Shown: positions 1 through 9,100 of the stretch, one piece after another
How the letters are laid out: each line of letters starts with the position of its first letter
Position numbering within the stretch: the first letter of the stretch is position 1
Origin: Centroscyllium fabricii
Lineage: Eukaryota
DNA length: 64,000 bases
Direction: 5' to 3'
Assembly: GCA_051313645.2 (NCBI GenBank)
Contig: JBNRSN020000028.1
Coordinates: forward strand, 14,694,001-14,758,000
The notes under the pieces: generated by a model
The model's database searches: none
Told to the model about the DNA's origin: nothing
What the model saw: only the letters and a program-made list of their open reading frames with translations
Translations under genes and position numbers: made by a program

Positions 1-388
1 AGGTGGAAGAGGTCGCGGGTTTGGGAGGTGCTGCCGAAGAAGCCTTGGCGAGTTGCTGCAGTGCATCATATAGATGGTATTCACTGTAGCCACGGTATGC
101 CGGTGGTGGAGGGAGTGAATATTTAAGGCGGTGGATGGAGTGCCAAACAAGCGGGCTGCAGATTGTCCTCGATGCTGTCGAGCTCCTTGAGTGTTGTTGG
201 AGCTGCACTCATCCAGGAAACTGGAGAGTGTTCCATCACACTCCTTACGTGTGCCTTGTGGCTTTGGGAAGTCAGGGGTGAGACACTCGCCGCAGAACAC
301 CCAGCCGCTGACAAGCTCTTGTTGGCACAGTTTTCATGTCGTTGGTCCAGTGAAGTTTCTAGTTAATGGTGACCCCTGGATGTTGATG
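1..388 (-). mobile_element. Decayed CR1/L2-group LINE ORF2 fragment (post-RT region), left part of the element interrupted by the Gypsy insertion
   Basis: Minus-strand translation gives KAHVRSVMEHSPVSWMSAAPTTLKELDSIEDN, a LINE ORF2 C-terminal region I recall from shark genomes; frameshifted. Reads through the GTGGG TSD into 5420-5540 (IAEYPT|INIQG). Confidence 0.8.
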
Positions 389-393
389 GTGGG

Positions 394-654
394 TGTGGTA
401 ACCCATATTTGGGTATCCCTTATATGGGATACCATTGTTGTATACCTGTGTGCTGATATGTTGCTGGAGCCAGGTCAGCCACACCTCTGACTCCTCCCTC
501 CAGGTGGAGCACCATAAAGGTATGAGCTGATCCTCCATTCATTCTTTTCCTGTATGAATCTACCGAGGAGACACCTCTATTCTTTATTAATTAAAAGCCT
601 AGTATTAACGGTAACTACGAGTCGTCTTTTAATTAAGTCTTCGACCTCGCTACA
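394..654 (+). repeat. 5' LTR (261 bp)
   Basis: TGTGGTAACC...CTCGCTACA; no mismatch to 5154-5414 found on base-by-base reading. Confidence 0.98.
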
Positions 655-655
655 A

Positions 656-669
656 TTTTAATTAATAAA
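656..669 (+). promoter_or_regulatory. Non-tRNA primer-binding site, complementary to LTR 583-596 (putative self-priming PBS)
   Basis: TTTTAATTAATAAA (656-669) is the exact reverse complement of TTTATTAATTAAAA (583-596); no TGG tRNA-type PBS between the LTR and the gag ATG at 677. Confidence 0.72.
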
Positions 670-676
670 TTTTACA

Positions 677-1657
677 ATGGAGACCAAAGCAGTAAACCCT
701 CGGATACTGGACATCAGCCCCCACGATGCTGCAGCACAGGTCAACTTCAGGCTCTGGCTCAAAGTTCTGGAGAACTACATGGAAGAAGCCAGGGCTGAAA
801 CAAGTGCGCAAAAACTTAAAGTACTGCTGGCACACATCTCCGGCAGGGTTTTCTCCCTCATCGAAGAACACACATCGTACGAAGAATCGGTGGAGACCCT
901 CAAGGAGCACTATGTGCGCCCTACTCACAAAGTCCACGGCCGCCACCTACTAGCGACCCGACCTCAACAAACCGGTGAGTCAGACCACGAATTTGCGCAA
1001 GCACTCCGGAGCATGATAAAAGCCTGTGGCTGTACGGGCGGACTGAACCTGAGACAGGAGGAAAACCTCCTCCTCCGGGACGCGTTCGTTACAGGACTAA
1101 AAAACCCAGTAGCCCGTCAGAAACTACTGGAACAGGACAGCCTGACCTTTGAACAGGCAGTCAATCTAGCACAAATGGTGGACGGGGCCCACGCCAAAAA
1201 CCAGACGTACGGCGGGGCCGGCTATCACGCTCCAAGCATTTGGGCTGCGACCCAGCAAGAGCCACGGATTGAGAGCCCCACCATGGCTGCGTCGGCCACC
1301 ACGGACTCTAAGTATAAACACTGCTATTTTTGCGGAAAAGGCTTGCACCCCAGGGCAAAGTGCCCAGCCAAGACAGAGATCTGCGCCAAATGTTCTAAGA
1401 AGGGACACTTCGCCAAGGTCTGCAAAGCAACTCAAGCGGCTACAACACCACCGAGACGATACAACAGTGCCTGTGAGACTTCCCAGGACAAACAGGTAGG
1501 CTGCAATAGCAGTTTTTTATTACTCCGCCAATCGCCCCCCCCCCCATGCAGCGGAGCCCACCCAAACGCGACCCTCTTACGTGGCCGGCTGCGCCCGAAT
1601 TGCGGGCACCACGCTTCAACAGCGGGAGCTACGGGCCCTGCCAGCAACGCTCCCTAA
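677..1657 (+). CDS. gag: Gag nucleocapsid polyprotein (326 aa as assembled)
   Basis: ATG 22 nt after the LTR; LLRDAFVTGL capsid-type motif; two CX2CX4HX4C knuckles (CYFCGKGLHPRAKC, CAKCSKKGHFAKVC). Confidence 0.93.
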   Translation: METKAVNPRILDISPHDAAAQVNFRLWLKVLENYMEEARAETSAQKLKVLLAHISGRVFSLIEEHTSYEESVETLKEHYVRPTHKVHGRHLLATRPQQTGESDHEFAQALRSMIKACGCTGGLNLRQEENLLLRDAFVTGLKNPVARQKLLEQDSLTFEQAVNLAQMVDGAHAKNQTYGGAGYHAPSIWAATQQEPRIESPTMAASATTDSKYKHCYFCGKGLHPRAKCPAKTEICAKCSKKGHFAKVCKATQAATTPPRRYNSACETSQDKQVGCNSSFLLLRQSPPPPCSGAHPNATLLRGRLRPNCGHHASTAGATGPASNAP

Positions 1658-4600
1658 AGCAGTGCCTCCAGAGCCTCCACAACGGGTCACTGAACGGGCA
1701 CCACAATGGGAATCGCGGGTTGAAACGGACTTTCGAGCGGCGGCTGTTGAAACTGACTTTCGAGCTGGGGCTGCTGAAACTGACTATAAATCGCCAGCTG
1801 CTGCACTCACAGACCCAGCACAGCGGGTTGCCCTGCGTGAATCGCGGGCTGAAACTGACTATAGAGCTCTTGCTGAAACTGACCAGCACAGATCGCGTGC
1901 TGAACTCTCTGACTATAAACCGCGAGTTGAAACTGACTATAGAGCTGTTGCTGAAACTGACTATAGAGCTGCTGATAAAACTAAATTGTATGAATCCCAA
2001 CTAACCTCATTCTCTCTTCCAGGTCCTCGGATGTGCCAGCAAGCCAGTACTGTAATAAATTGTCTTCCCCCAGGTCCCGCATGGTGCAAGCCAGGGGGGC
2101 CATCTTGTCCTCCCCCAGGCCCCCCCTCGTGGGGGCGGCCATTTTGTCAGGTCCACTCCATGTGCTTTCCAGGGGGGTGGCCATTTTGTGAGGGGCAGCC
2201 ATTTTGTGAAGGGCGGCCATTTTGTGCGGCGACCGGCCCTACAGTTAGCCAGGACAAGCCCCACACCCTATCCCACTCCATGAGGCCAATCAAGATCAAC
2301 GACCACATGGTCAACTGCCTTTTTGACACGGGCAGCACTGAGAGTTTTATCCACCCTAATACAGTGCGGCGCTTCGGACTGCAGGTCCTACCCACTAACT
2401 ACCAAGTTTCATTAGCTTCACAGTCCCACACCGAGGACATCACCGGCTACTGCTCCGTCACGCTCACCGTCCAGGGACGCGTGTACCGTAATTTTAAATT
2501 GTATACCTTCCAACAGTTGTGTGCCCCAGCCTTACTAGGCCTGGACTTCCAGTGCCACTTCAGGAGTGGGACAATGGAGTTCGGCTGTACTTTACCCCCC
2601 CTCACCCTCAGTAGCCGGGACAATCTCCTCCCAAAGCGGACCCCAGCCTGCGGCCTCTCCACCCTGAGAATCGATCCCCCCTCGCTGTTCGCCAACCTCG
2701 ATCCGAAGTGCAAACCTATCGCCACTAAGAGTCGGCGGTATAGCGAGGGGGACCGCACGTTTATCAGGTCGGAGGTCGGGCGGCTGCTAAAGGAGGGGAT
2801 TATTGAGGCCAGCACCAGCCCCTGGCGGGCCCAAGTTGTAGTCGTTAAGACTGGTGAGAAACACCGGATGGTTATCGATTACAGCCAGACCATTAACCGC
2901 TACACCGGGCTCGACGCCTACCCCCTTCCCCGCATCTCAGAAATGGTCAATCAGATCGCCCAGTACAAGGTGTTCTCCACGATCGACCTTAAATCGGCGT
3001 ATCACCAGCTCCCGATTCGGAAAGCCGACCGCCCCTACACCGCCTTCGAGGCGAACGGCCGGCTCTACCACTTCCTCCGGGTCCCCTTTGGCGTCACCAA
3101 CGGAGTGTCAGTGTTCCAGCGGGAGATGGACCGTATGGTTGATCACAATGACTTGCAGGCCACCTTCCCTTACCTGGACAATGTGACCATCTGCGGCCAC
3201 GGCCAGCAGGACCACGATGCCAACCTGGCCAAATTTCTTGACACGGCGGCTAAGCTGGACCTTACGTATAACAAAGACAAATGTGTCTTTAATACAACCC
3301 GGCTCGCCATCCTCGGATACGTGGTGGAGAATGGGGTCCTCGGCCCCGACCCACAGCGTATACGACCCCTTCAGGAACTGCCCCTACCTCACAACCCCAA
3401 AGCCTTGAGGAGATCTCTAGGATTGTTCTCCTACTATGCACAATGGGTCCCGCAGTTCGCAGACAAGGCTAGACCACTCCTCAAGGCTGCCGTCTTCCCT
3501 CTTTCTATAGAAGCTCAAACGGCATTCGAAAAGATAAAAGGAGATATCATCAAGGCGACCATGCACGCTGTTGATGAATCCATCCCTTTCCAGGTGGAGA
3601 GTGACGCTTCGGACTTTGCCCTTGCTGCCACCCTGAATCAGGCAGGCAGGCCCGTAGCGTTTTTCTCCCGCACCTTACAGGGACCCGAAACTCGCCACTC
3701 AGCAGTGGAAAAGGAGGCCCAGGCCATTGTGGAGGCCGTGCGCTACTGGCGTCATTACCTGGCCGGTAAGCGTTTTACCCTGCTCACCGGCCAACGGTCG
3801 GTGGCGTTTATGTTTAACAATAAACTACGGGGTAAAATCAAGAATGACAAGATCATGCGGTGGCGGATCGAACTCTCGACTTACGAGTATGACATTCTTT
3901 ACCGACCAGGTAAACTCAATGAACCACCGGACGCACTGTCCAGGGGAACGTGCGCCAGTGCCCAGCTAGACCGGCTGAAGGACCTCCACGACCGCCTCTG
4001 CCACCCGGGTGTCACCAGACTCGCCCATTTTGTCAAAGCTAATAATCTCCCCTACTCCATCACGGAGATCAAGGCTATGACCCGAGATTGCCCTGTCTGC
4101 GCTGAGTGCAAACCCCACTTTTTCCGGTCAGACATGGCGCACCTCATTAAGGCCACTCGCCCCTTTGAACGCCTCAGCGTAGACTTCAAAGGCCCCCTTC
4201 CCTCCACCGACCGCAACTCATACTTCCTCACGGTAGTGGACGAGTTCTCCCGTTTCCCCTTCGCCTTCCCCTGCCCAGACATGACGAGCGCAACGGTGAT
4301 CAAACACTTCACCACGCTGTTCGCCATCTTTGGTTTCCCCAGCTACATCCATAGCGACCGGGGGTCATCGTTCATGAGCGATGAACTGCGTCAGTTCCTG
4401 CTCCAGAAAGGGGTTGCCACGAGCAGAACGACCAGTTACAACCCCCGGGGGAACGGCCAGGTAGAAAGGGAGAATGGGATTATCTGGAAGGCGGTCACCC
4501 TGGCCCTCAAGTCCAGAGGCCTTCCAGTGTCCCACTGGCAGGCAGTCCTCCCAGGCGCGCTGCACTCTATTAGGTCGCTATTATGTACAGTTACTAATGC

Positions 4601-5216
4601 CACCCCGCACGACCTTGTCTTCTCTTTCAGCAGGAGATCATCTTCGGGGACGGCGCTCCCACCATGGCTGACGACCCCTGGCCCGGTGTTTCTTAGAAGG
4701 CACGTTCGGGGCCACAAGACGGACCCTCTGGTGGACAGGGTACAGCTCCTACACGCCAACCCACAATATGCTTTTGTGCAGTTCCCAGACGGGCGTGAGG
4801 ACACCGTGTCCATCAGGGACCTGGCCCCGGCCGGCAACACCGCCACAGCTCCTCCTGCTGGCCAGCAGGTCGACCTACCATCAACCACAAGACGGTCCCC
4901 GAGTTCCCCCGCAGATGCACAAGACGAGGTTCAGCAGAGTCACGAAACTACAGCACCGACGGAGACAGACTATTCGGCCATGGGGCAATCACCACCAACA
5001 TCGGAACCCCGGCGGTCGGCAAGACAAACGCGGCCGCCGGAGAGACTCATTATGAACTGTTCAATTTATCCACCCCCCCCCCCCCCTGGACTCAAAGTTT
5101 TCAACAAGGCATTCACCCCGACCCCGGACTCAAAGTTTTTAACAAGGGGTGAATGTGGTAACCCATATTTGGGTATCCCTTATATGGGATACCATTGTTG
5201 TATACCTGTGTGCTGA
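1581..5216 (+). CDS. pol: Pol polyprotein: aspartic protease, reverse transcriptase, RNase H, integrase (frame open from 1500, probably reached by recoding rather than from the GTG at 1581)
   Basis: PR LFDTGS; RT IDLKSAYHQ, VPFGVTNG, YLDN; RH ESDASDFALAA, EKEAQAIV; IN H-H-C-C (LHDRLCH...CPVC) and D,D,E (VDFKGP, SDRG, VERENG). No internal stop; runs into the 3' LTR. Confidence 0.95.
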   Translation: MAGCARIAGTTLQQRELRALPATLPKAVPPEPPQRVTERAPQWESRVETDFRAAAVETDFRAGAAETDYKSPAAALTDPAQRVALRESRAETDYRALAETDQHRSRAELSDYKPRVETDYRAVAETDYRAADKTKLYESQLTSFSLPGPRMCQQASTVINCLPPGPAWCKPGGPSCPPPGPPSWGRPFCQVHSMCFPGGWPFCEGQPFCEGRPFCAATGPTVSQDKPHTLSHSMRPIKINDHMVNCLFDTGSTESFIHPNTVRRFGLQVLPTNYQVSLASQSHTEDITGYCSVTLTVQGRVYRNFKLYTFQQLCAPALLGLDFQCHFRSGTMEFGCTLPPLTLSSRDNLLPKRTPACGLSTLRIDPPSLFANLDPKCKPIATKSRRYSEGDRTFIRSEVGRLLKEGIIEASTSPWRAQVVVVKTGEKHRMVIDYSQTINRYTGLDAYPLPRISEMVNQIAQYKVFSTIDLKSAYHQLPIRKADRPYTAFEANGRLYHFLRVPFGVTNGVSVFQREMDRMVDHNDLQATFPYLDNVTICGHGQQDHDANLAKFLDTAAKLDLTYNKDKCVFNTTRLAILGYVVENGVLGPDPQRIRPLQELPLPHNPKALRRSLGLFSYYAQWVPQFADKARPLLKAAVFPLSIEAQTAFEKIKGDIIKATMHAVDESIPFQVESDASDFALAATLNQAGRPVAFFSRTLQGPETRHSAVEKEAQAIVEAVRYWRHYLAGKRFTLLTGQRSVAFMFNNKLRGKIKNDKIMRWRIELSTYEYDILYRPGKLNEPPDALSRGTCASAQLDRLKDLHDRLCHPGVTRLAHFVKANNLPYSITEIKAMTRDCPVCAECKPHFFRSDMAHLIKATRPFERLSVDFKGPLPSTDRNSYFLTVVDEFSRFPFAFPCPDMTSATVIKHFTTLFAIFGFPSYIHSDRGSSFMSDELRQFLLQKGVATSRTTSYNPRGNGQVERENGIIWKAVTLALKSRGLPVSHWQAVLPGALHSIRSLLCTVTNATPHDLVFSFSRRSSSGTALPPWLTTPGPVFLRRHVRGHKTDPLVDRVQLLHANPQYAFVQFPDGREDTVSIRDLAPAGNTATAPPAGQQVDLPSTTRRSPSSPADAQDEVQQSHETTAPTETDYSAMGQSPPTSEPRRSARQTRPPERLIMNCSIYPPPPPPGLKVFNKAFTPTPDSKFLTRGECGNPYLGIPYMGYHCCIPVC
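5141..5153 (+). promoter_or_regulatory. Polypurine tract (plus-strand primer)
   Basis: AACAAGGGGTGAA immediately 5' of the 3' LTR, preceded by a T-run. Confidence 0.8.
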
Positions 5217-5414
5217 TATGTTGCTGGAGCCAGGTCAGCCACACCTCTGACTCCTCCCTCCAGGTGGAGCACCATAAAGGTATGAGCTGATCCTCCATTC
5301 ATTCTTTTCCTGTATGAATCTACCGAGGAGACACCTCTATTCTTTATTAATTAAAAGCCTAGTATTAACGGTAACTACGAGTCGTCTTTTAATTAAGTCT
5401 TCGACCTCGCTACA
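5154..5414 (+). repeat. 3' LTR (261 bp)
   Basis: Identical to 394-654; followed by TSD GTGGG. Confidence 0.98.
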
Positions 5415-5419
5415 GTGGG

Positions 5420-5540
5420 GTATTCGGCGATGGAAATGACATTGAATGTCAAGGGGAGGTGGTTAGACTCTCGCTTGTTGGAGATAGTCATTGCCTGGCA
5501 CTTCTGTCGCGCGAATGTTACCTGCCACTCAGCAGTCCAA
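5420..5540 (-). mobile_element. Decayed CR1/L2-group LINE ORF2 fragment, right part of the interrupted element
   Basis: Minus-strand WQVTFARQKCQAMTISNKRESNHLPLTFN, the W..W...F...KC motif that follows LINE RT domains; contiguous with 1-388 once the Gypsy is removed. Confidence 0.8.
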
Positions 5541-5693
5541 TCGTCTGCATTTTCTCTCTGGGTGGGTGAGTCCATTCAACGGGATCCCTAATGTTCAATT
5601 CTCCCTAGTGCTCGGTAGCCCCGGTACCTTATCAATTAATCTGTCTGACAAACTGCGCACCCCAGTCACTCCACCAGAAAAGGAGGGTTCCAT

Positions 5694-5777
5694 CATAGAA
5701 ACATAGAAGATAGGAGCAGGAGTCGGCCATTCGGCCACTCGATCCTGCACCGCCATTCAATAAGATCATGGGTGATC
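5694..5777 (-). mobile_element. Short CR1 LINE 3' tail fragment
   Basis: Minus strand ...GGCCGAATGGCCGACTCCTGCTCCTATCTTCTATGTTTCTATG: hairpin plus 8-nt (TTCTATGT) terminal repeats typical of vertebrate CR1 3' ends; recognised from memory. Confidence 0.7.
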
Positions 5778-6190
5778 ATCCCCATTGTCTTGGCTACATT
5801 TCAACACAGAGGCCCAGAGGGTGAAAGGTTGTCTTCGGAGTCATCGCAATACCTGATTTCACCCACCAGAGTGAACAGACACCAAACGCTTTTGACGTTT
5901 ACAAATTCCAACCAGCCCGAATATCGGCTGTGATGAGAAACACATCAGCCGTCTGATAATTGGATGCTGAGTAACAAAGATATAAGAGGCGGCTGCCTTT
6001 GCCAGTCGCTGACAAATTTAAAAATCGGTTATCGAATTGATTAGTGATACAGACGGTTTTTCAGACAATCGATATCGCGGTAATTTCAGAACCAATATCC
6101 TGAAATACGATGCACCAAATTTGGAAACGGCCCCTTTTTATTTTCATGTGACATTTCTGAATGAAGGAGATGGGATTGTAAAAGAAACAT

Positions 6191-9100
6191 ATTGAGAGTG
6201 TTGTCAGTGTGTCTTGTATTAGCTGGGGTCCGTGTTGAGGAGGGGATTGAGTGTGTTGTCAGTGTGTCTTGTATTAGCAGGAGGCCGTGGTGAGGAGGGG
6301 ATTGAGTGTGTTGTCAGTGTGTCTTGTATTAGCAGGAGTCCGTGTTGAGGAGGGGATTGAGTGTCTTGTCAGTGTGTCTTGTATTAGCAGGAGTCCGTGG
6401 TGAGGAGGGGATTGAGTGTGTTGTCAGTGTGTCTTCCATTAGCAGGAGTCCGTGTTGAGGAGGGGATTGGGTGTGTTGTCAGTGTGTCTTGTATTAGCAG
6501 GGGTCCGTGTTGAGGAGGGGATTGAGTGTGTTGTCAGTGTGTCTTGTATTAGCAGGGGTCCGTGTTGAGGAGACGATTGAGTGTGTTGTCAGTGTGTCTT
6601 GTATTAGCAGGCTCCGTGGTGAGGAGGGGATTGAGTGTGTTGTCAGTGTGTCTTGTATCAGCAGGTGTCCGTGGTGAGGAAGGGATTGAGTGTGTTGTCA
6701 GTGTGTCTTGTAGTAGCAGGAGTCCGTGGTGAGGAGGGGATTGAGCGTGTTGTCAGTGTGTCTTGCATTAGAAGGAGTCCGTGTTGAGGAGGGGATTGAG
6801 TTTGTTGCCAGTGTGTCTTGTATCAGCAGGAGTCCGTGGTGAGGAGGGGATTGACTGTGTTGTCAGTGTGTCTTGTATTAGCAGGAGTCCGTGGTGAGAT
6901 GAGGATTGCGTGTGTTGCCAGTGGGTCTTGTATTAGCAGGAGTCCGTGGTGAGATGGCGATTGAGTGTGTTGTCAGTGTGTCTTGTATTAGCATGGTCCG
7001 TGGTGAGGAGGGGATTGAGCGTGTTGTCAGTGTGTCTTGTATTAGCAGGAGTCCGTGGTGAGGAGGGGATTGAGCGTGTTGGTCAGTGTGTCTTGTATTA
7101 GCAGGAGTCCGTGGTAAGCAGGGGATTGAGTGTGCTGTCAGTGTGTTTTGTATTAGCAGGGGTCCGTGGTGAGGATGGGATTGAGGGTGTTGTCAGTGTG
7201 CCTTGTATTAGCAGGAGTCCGTGGTGAGGAGGGGATTGAGTGTGTTGTCAGTGTGTCTTGTATTAGCAGGAGTCCGTGGTGGGGAGGGGATTGAGTGTGT
7301 TGTCAGTGTGTCTTGTATCAGCAGGAGTCCGTGGTGAGGAGGGGATTGAGTGTGTTGTCAGTGTGTCTTGTATTAGCAGGAGTCCGTGGTGAGATGAGGA
7401 TTGAGTGTGTTGCCAGTGGGTCTTGTATTAGCAGGGTACGTGGTGAGGAGGGGATTGAGTGTGTTGTCAGTGTGTCTTGTATCAGCAGGAGTCCGTGGTG
7501 AGGAGGGGATTGAGCGTGTTGTCAGTTTGTCTTGTATTAGCAGGAGTCCGTGGTGATAAGGCGATTGAGCGTGTTGTCAGTGTGCTTGTATTAGCAGGAG
7601 TCCGTGGTTAGGAGGGGATTGAGTGTGTTGTCAGTGTGTCTTGTATTAGCAGGGGTCCGTGGTGAGGAGGGGATTGAGTGTGTTGTCAGTGTGTCTTGTA
7701 TCAGCAGGGTCCGTGGTGAGGAGGGGATTGACTGTGTTGTCAGTGTGTCTTGTATTAGCAGGAGTCCGTGGTGGGGAGGGGATTGAGTGTGTTGTCAGTG
7801 TGTCTTGTATCAGCAGGAGTCCGTGGTGAGGAGGGGATTGAGTGTGTTGTCAGTGTGTCTTGTATTAGCAGGAGTCCGTGGTGAGGAGGGGATTGAGCGT
7901 GTTGTCAGTGTGTCTTGTATTAGCAGGAGTCCGTGGTGAGGAGGCGATTGAGCGTGTTGTCAGTGTGTCTTGTATTAGCAGGAGTCCGTGGTGAGGAGGG
8001 GATTGAGTGTGTTGTCAGTGTGTCTTGTATCAGCAGGAGTCCGTGGTGAGGAGGGGATTGAGTGTGTTGTCAGTGTGTCTTGTATCAGCAGGAGTCCGTG
8101 GTGAGGAGGGGATTGAGTGTGTTGTCAGTGTGTCTTGTATTAGCAGGAGTCCGTGGTGAGATGAGGATTGAGTGTGTTGCCAGTGGGTCTTGTATTAGCA
8201 GGGTACGTGGTGAGGAGGGGATTGAGTGTGTTGTCAGTGTGTCTTGTATCAGCAGAAGTCCGTGGTGAGGAGGGGATTGAGCGTGTTGTCAGTGTGTCTT
8301 GTATTAGCAGGAGTCCGTGGTGAGGAGGCGATTGAGCGTGTTGTCAGTGTGTCTTGTATTAGCAGGAGTCCGTGGCGAGGAGGGGATAAAGTGTGTTGTC
8401 AGTGTGTCTTGTATTAGCAGGAGTCCGTGGTTAGGAGGGGATTGAGTGTGTTGTCAGTGTGTCTTGTATTAGCAGGGGTCCGTGGTGAGGAGGGGATTGA
8501 GTGTGTTGCCAGTGGGTCTTGTATTAGCAGGGGTCCGTGGTGAGGAGGGGATTGAGCGTGTTGTCAGTGTGTTTTGTATTAGCAGGAGTCCGTGGTGAGG
8601 AGGGGATTGAGTGTGTTGTCAGTGTGTTTTGTATTAGCAGGGGTCCGTGGTGAGGAGAGGATTGAGTGTGTTGTCAGAGTGTCTTGTATTAGCAGGAGTC
8701 CGTGGTGAGCAGGGGATTGAGTGTGTTGTCAGTGTGTCTTGTATCAGCAGGGTCCGTGGTGAGGAGGGGATTGAGTGTGTTGTCAGTGTGTCTTATATTA
8801 GCAGGGTCCGTGGTGAGGAGACGATTGAGTGTGTTGTCAGTGTGTCTTGTATTAGTAGGGGTCCGTGGTGAGATGAGGATTGAGTGTGTTGCCAGTGGGT
8901 CTTGTATTAGCAGGGTACGTGGTGAGGAGGGGATTGAGTGTGTTGTCAGTGTGTCTTGTATTAGCAGGAGTCCGTGGTGAGGAGGCGATTGAGCGTGTTG
9001 TCAGTGTGTCTTGTATTAGCAGGAGTCCGGGGTTAGGAGGGGATTGAGTGTGTTGTCAGTGTGTCTTGTATTAGCAGGGGTCCGTGGTGAGGAGGGGATT

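Larger units (their letters stand above)
394..5414 (+). mobile_element. Full-length Ty3/Gypsy LTR retrotransposon, 5021 bp
   Basis: TG...CA LTRs at 394-654 and 5154-5414; 5-bp TSD GTGGG at 389-393 and 5415-5419; gag with two CCHC knuckles; pol domain order PR-RT-RH-IN; purine tract before the 3' LTR. Confidence 0.98.

Noticed and set aside
1581-5216. Endogenous retrovirus or env gene
   Set aside because: No env ORF or room for one between integrase and PPT; motifs are Ty3/Gypsy-type.
5780-6190. Possible promoter or exon in the CpG-containing spacer before the array
   Set aside because: No ORF, recognisable RNA gene or supportable motif; left unannotated.
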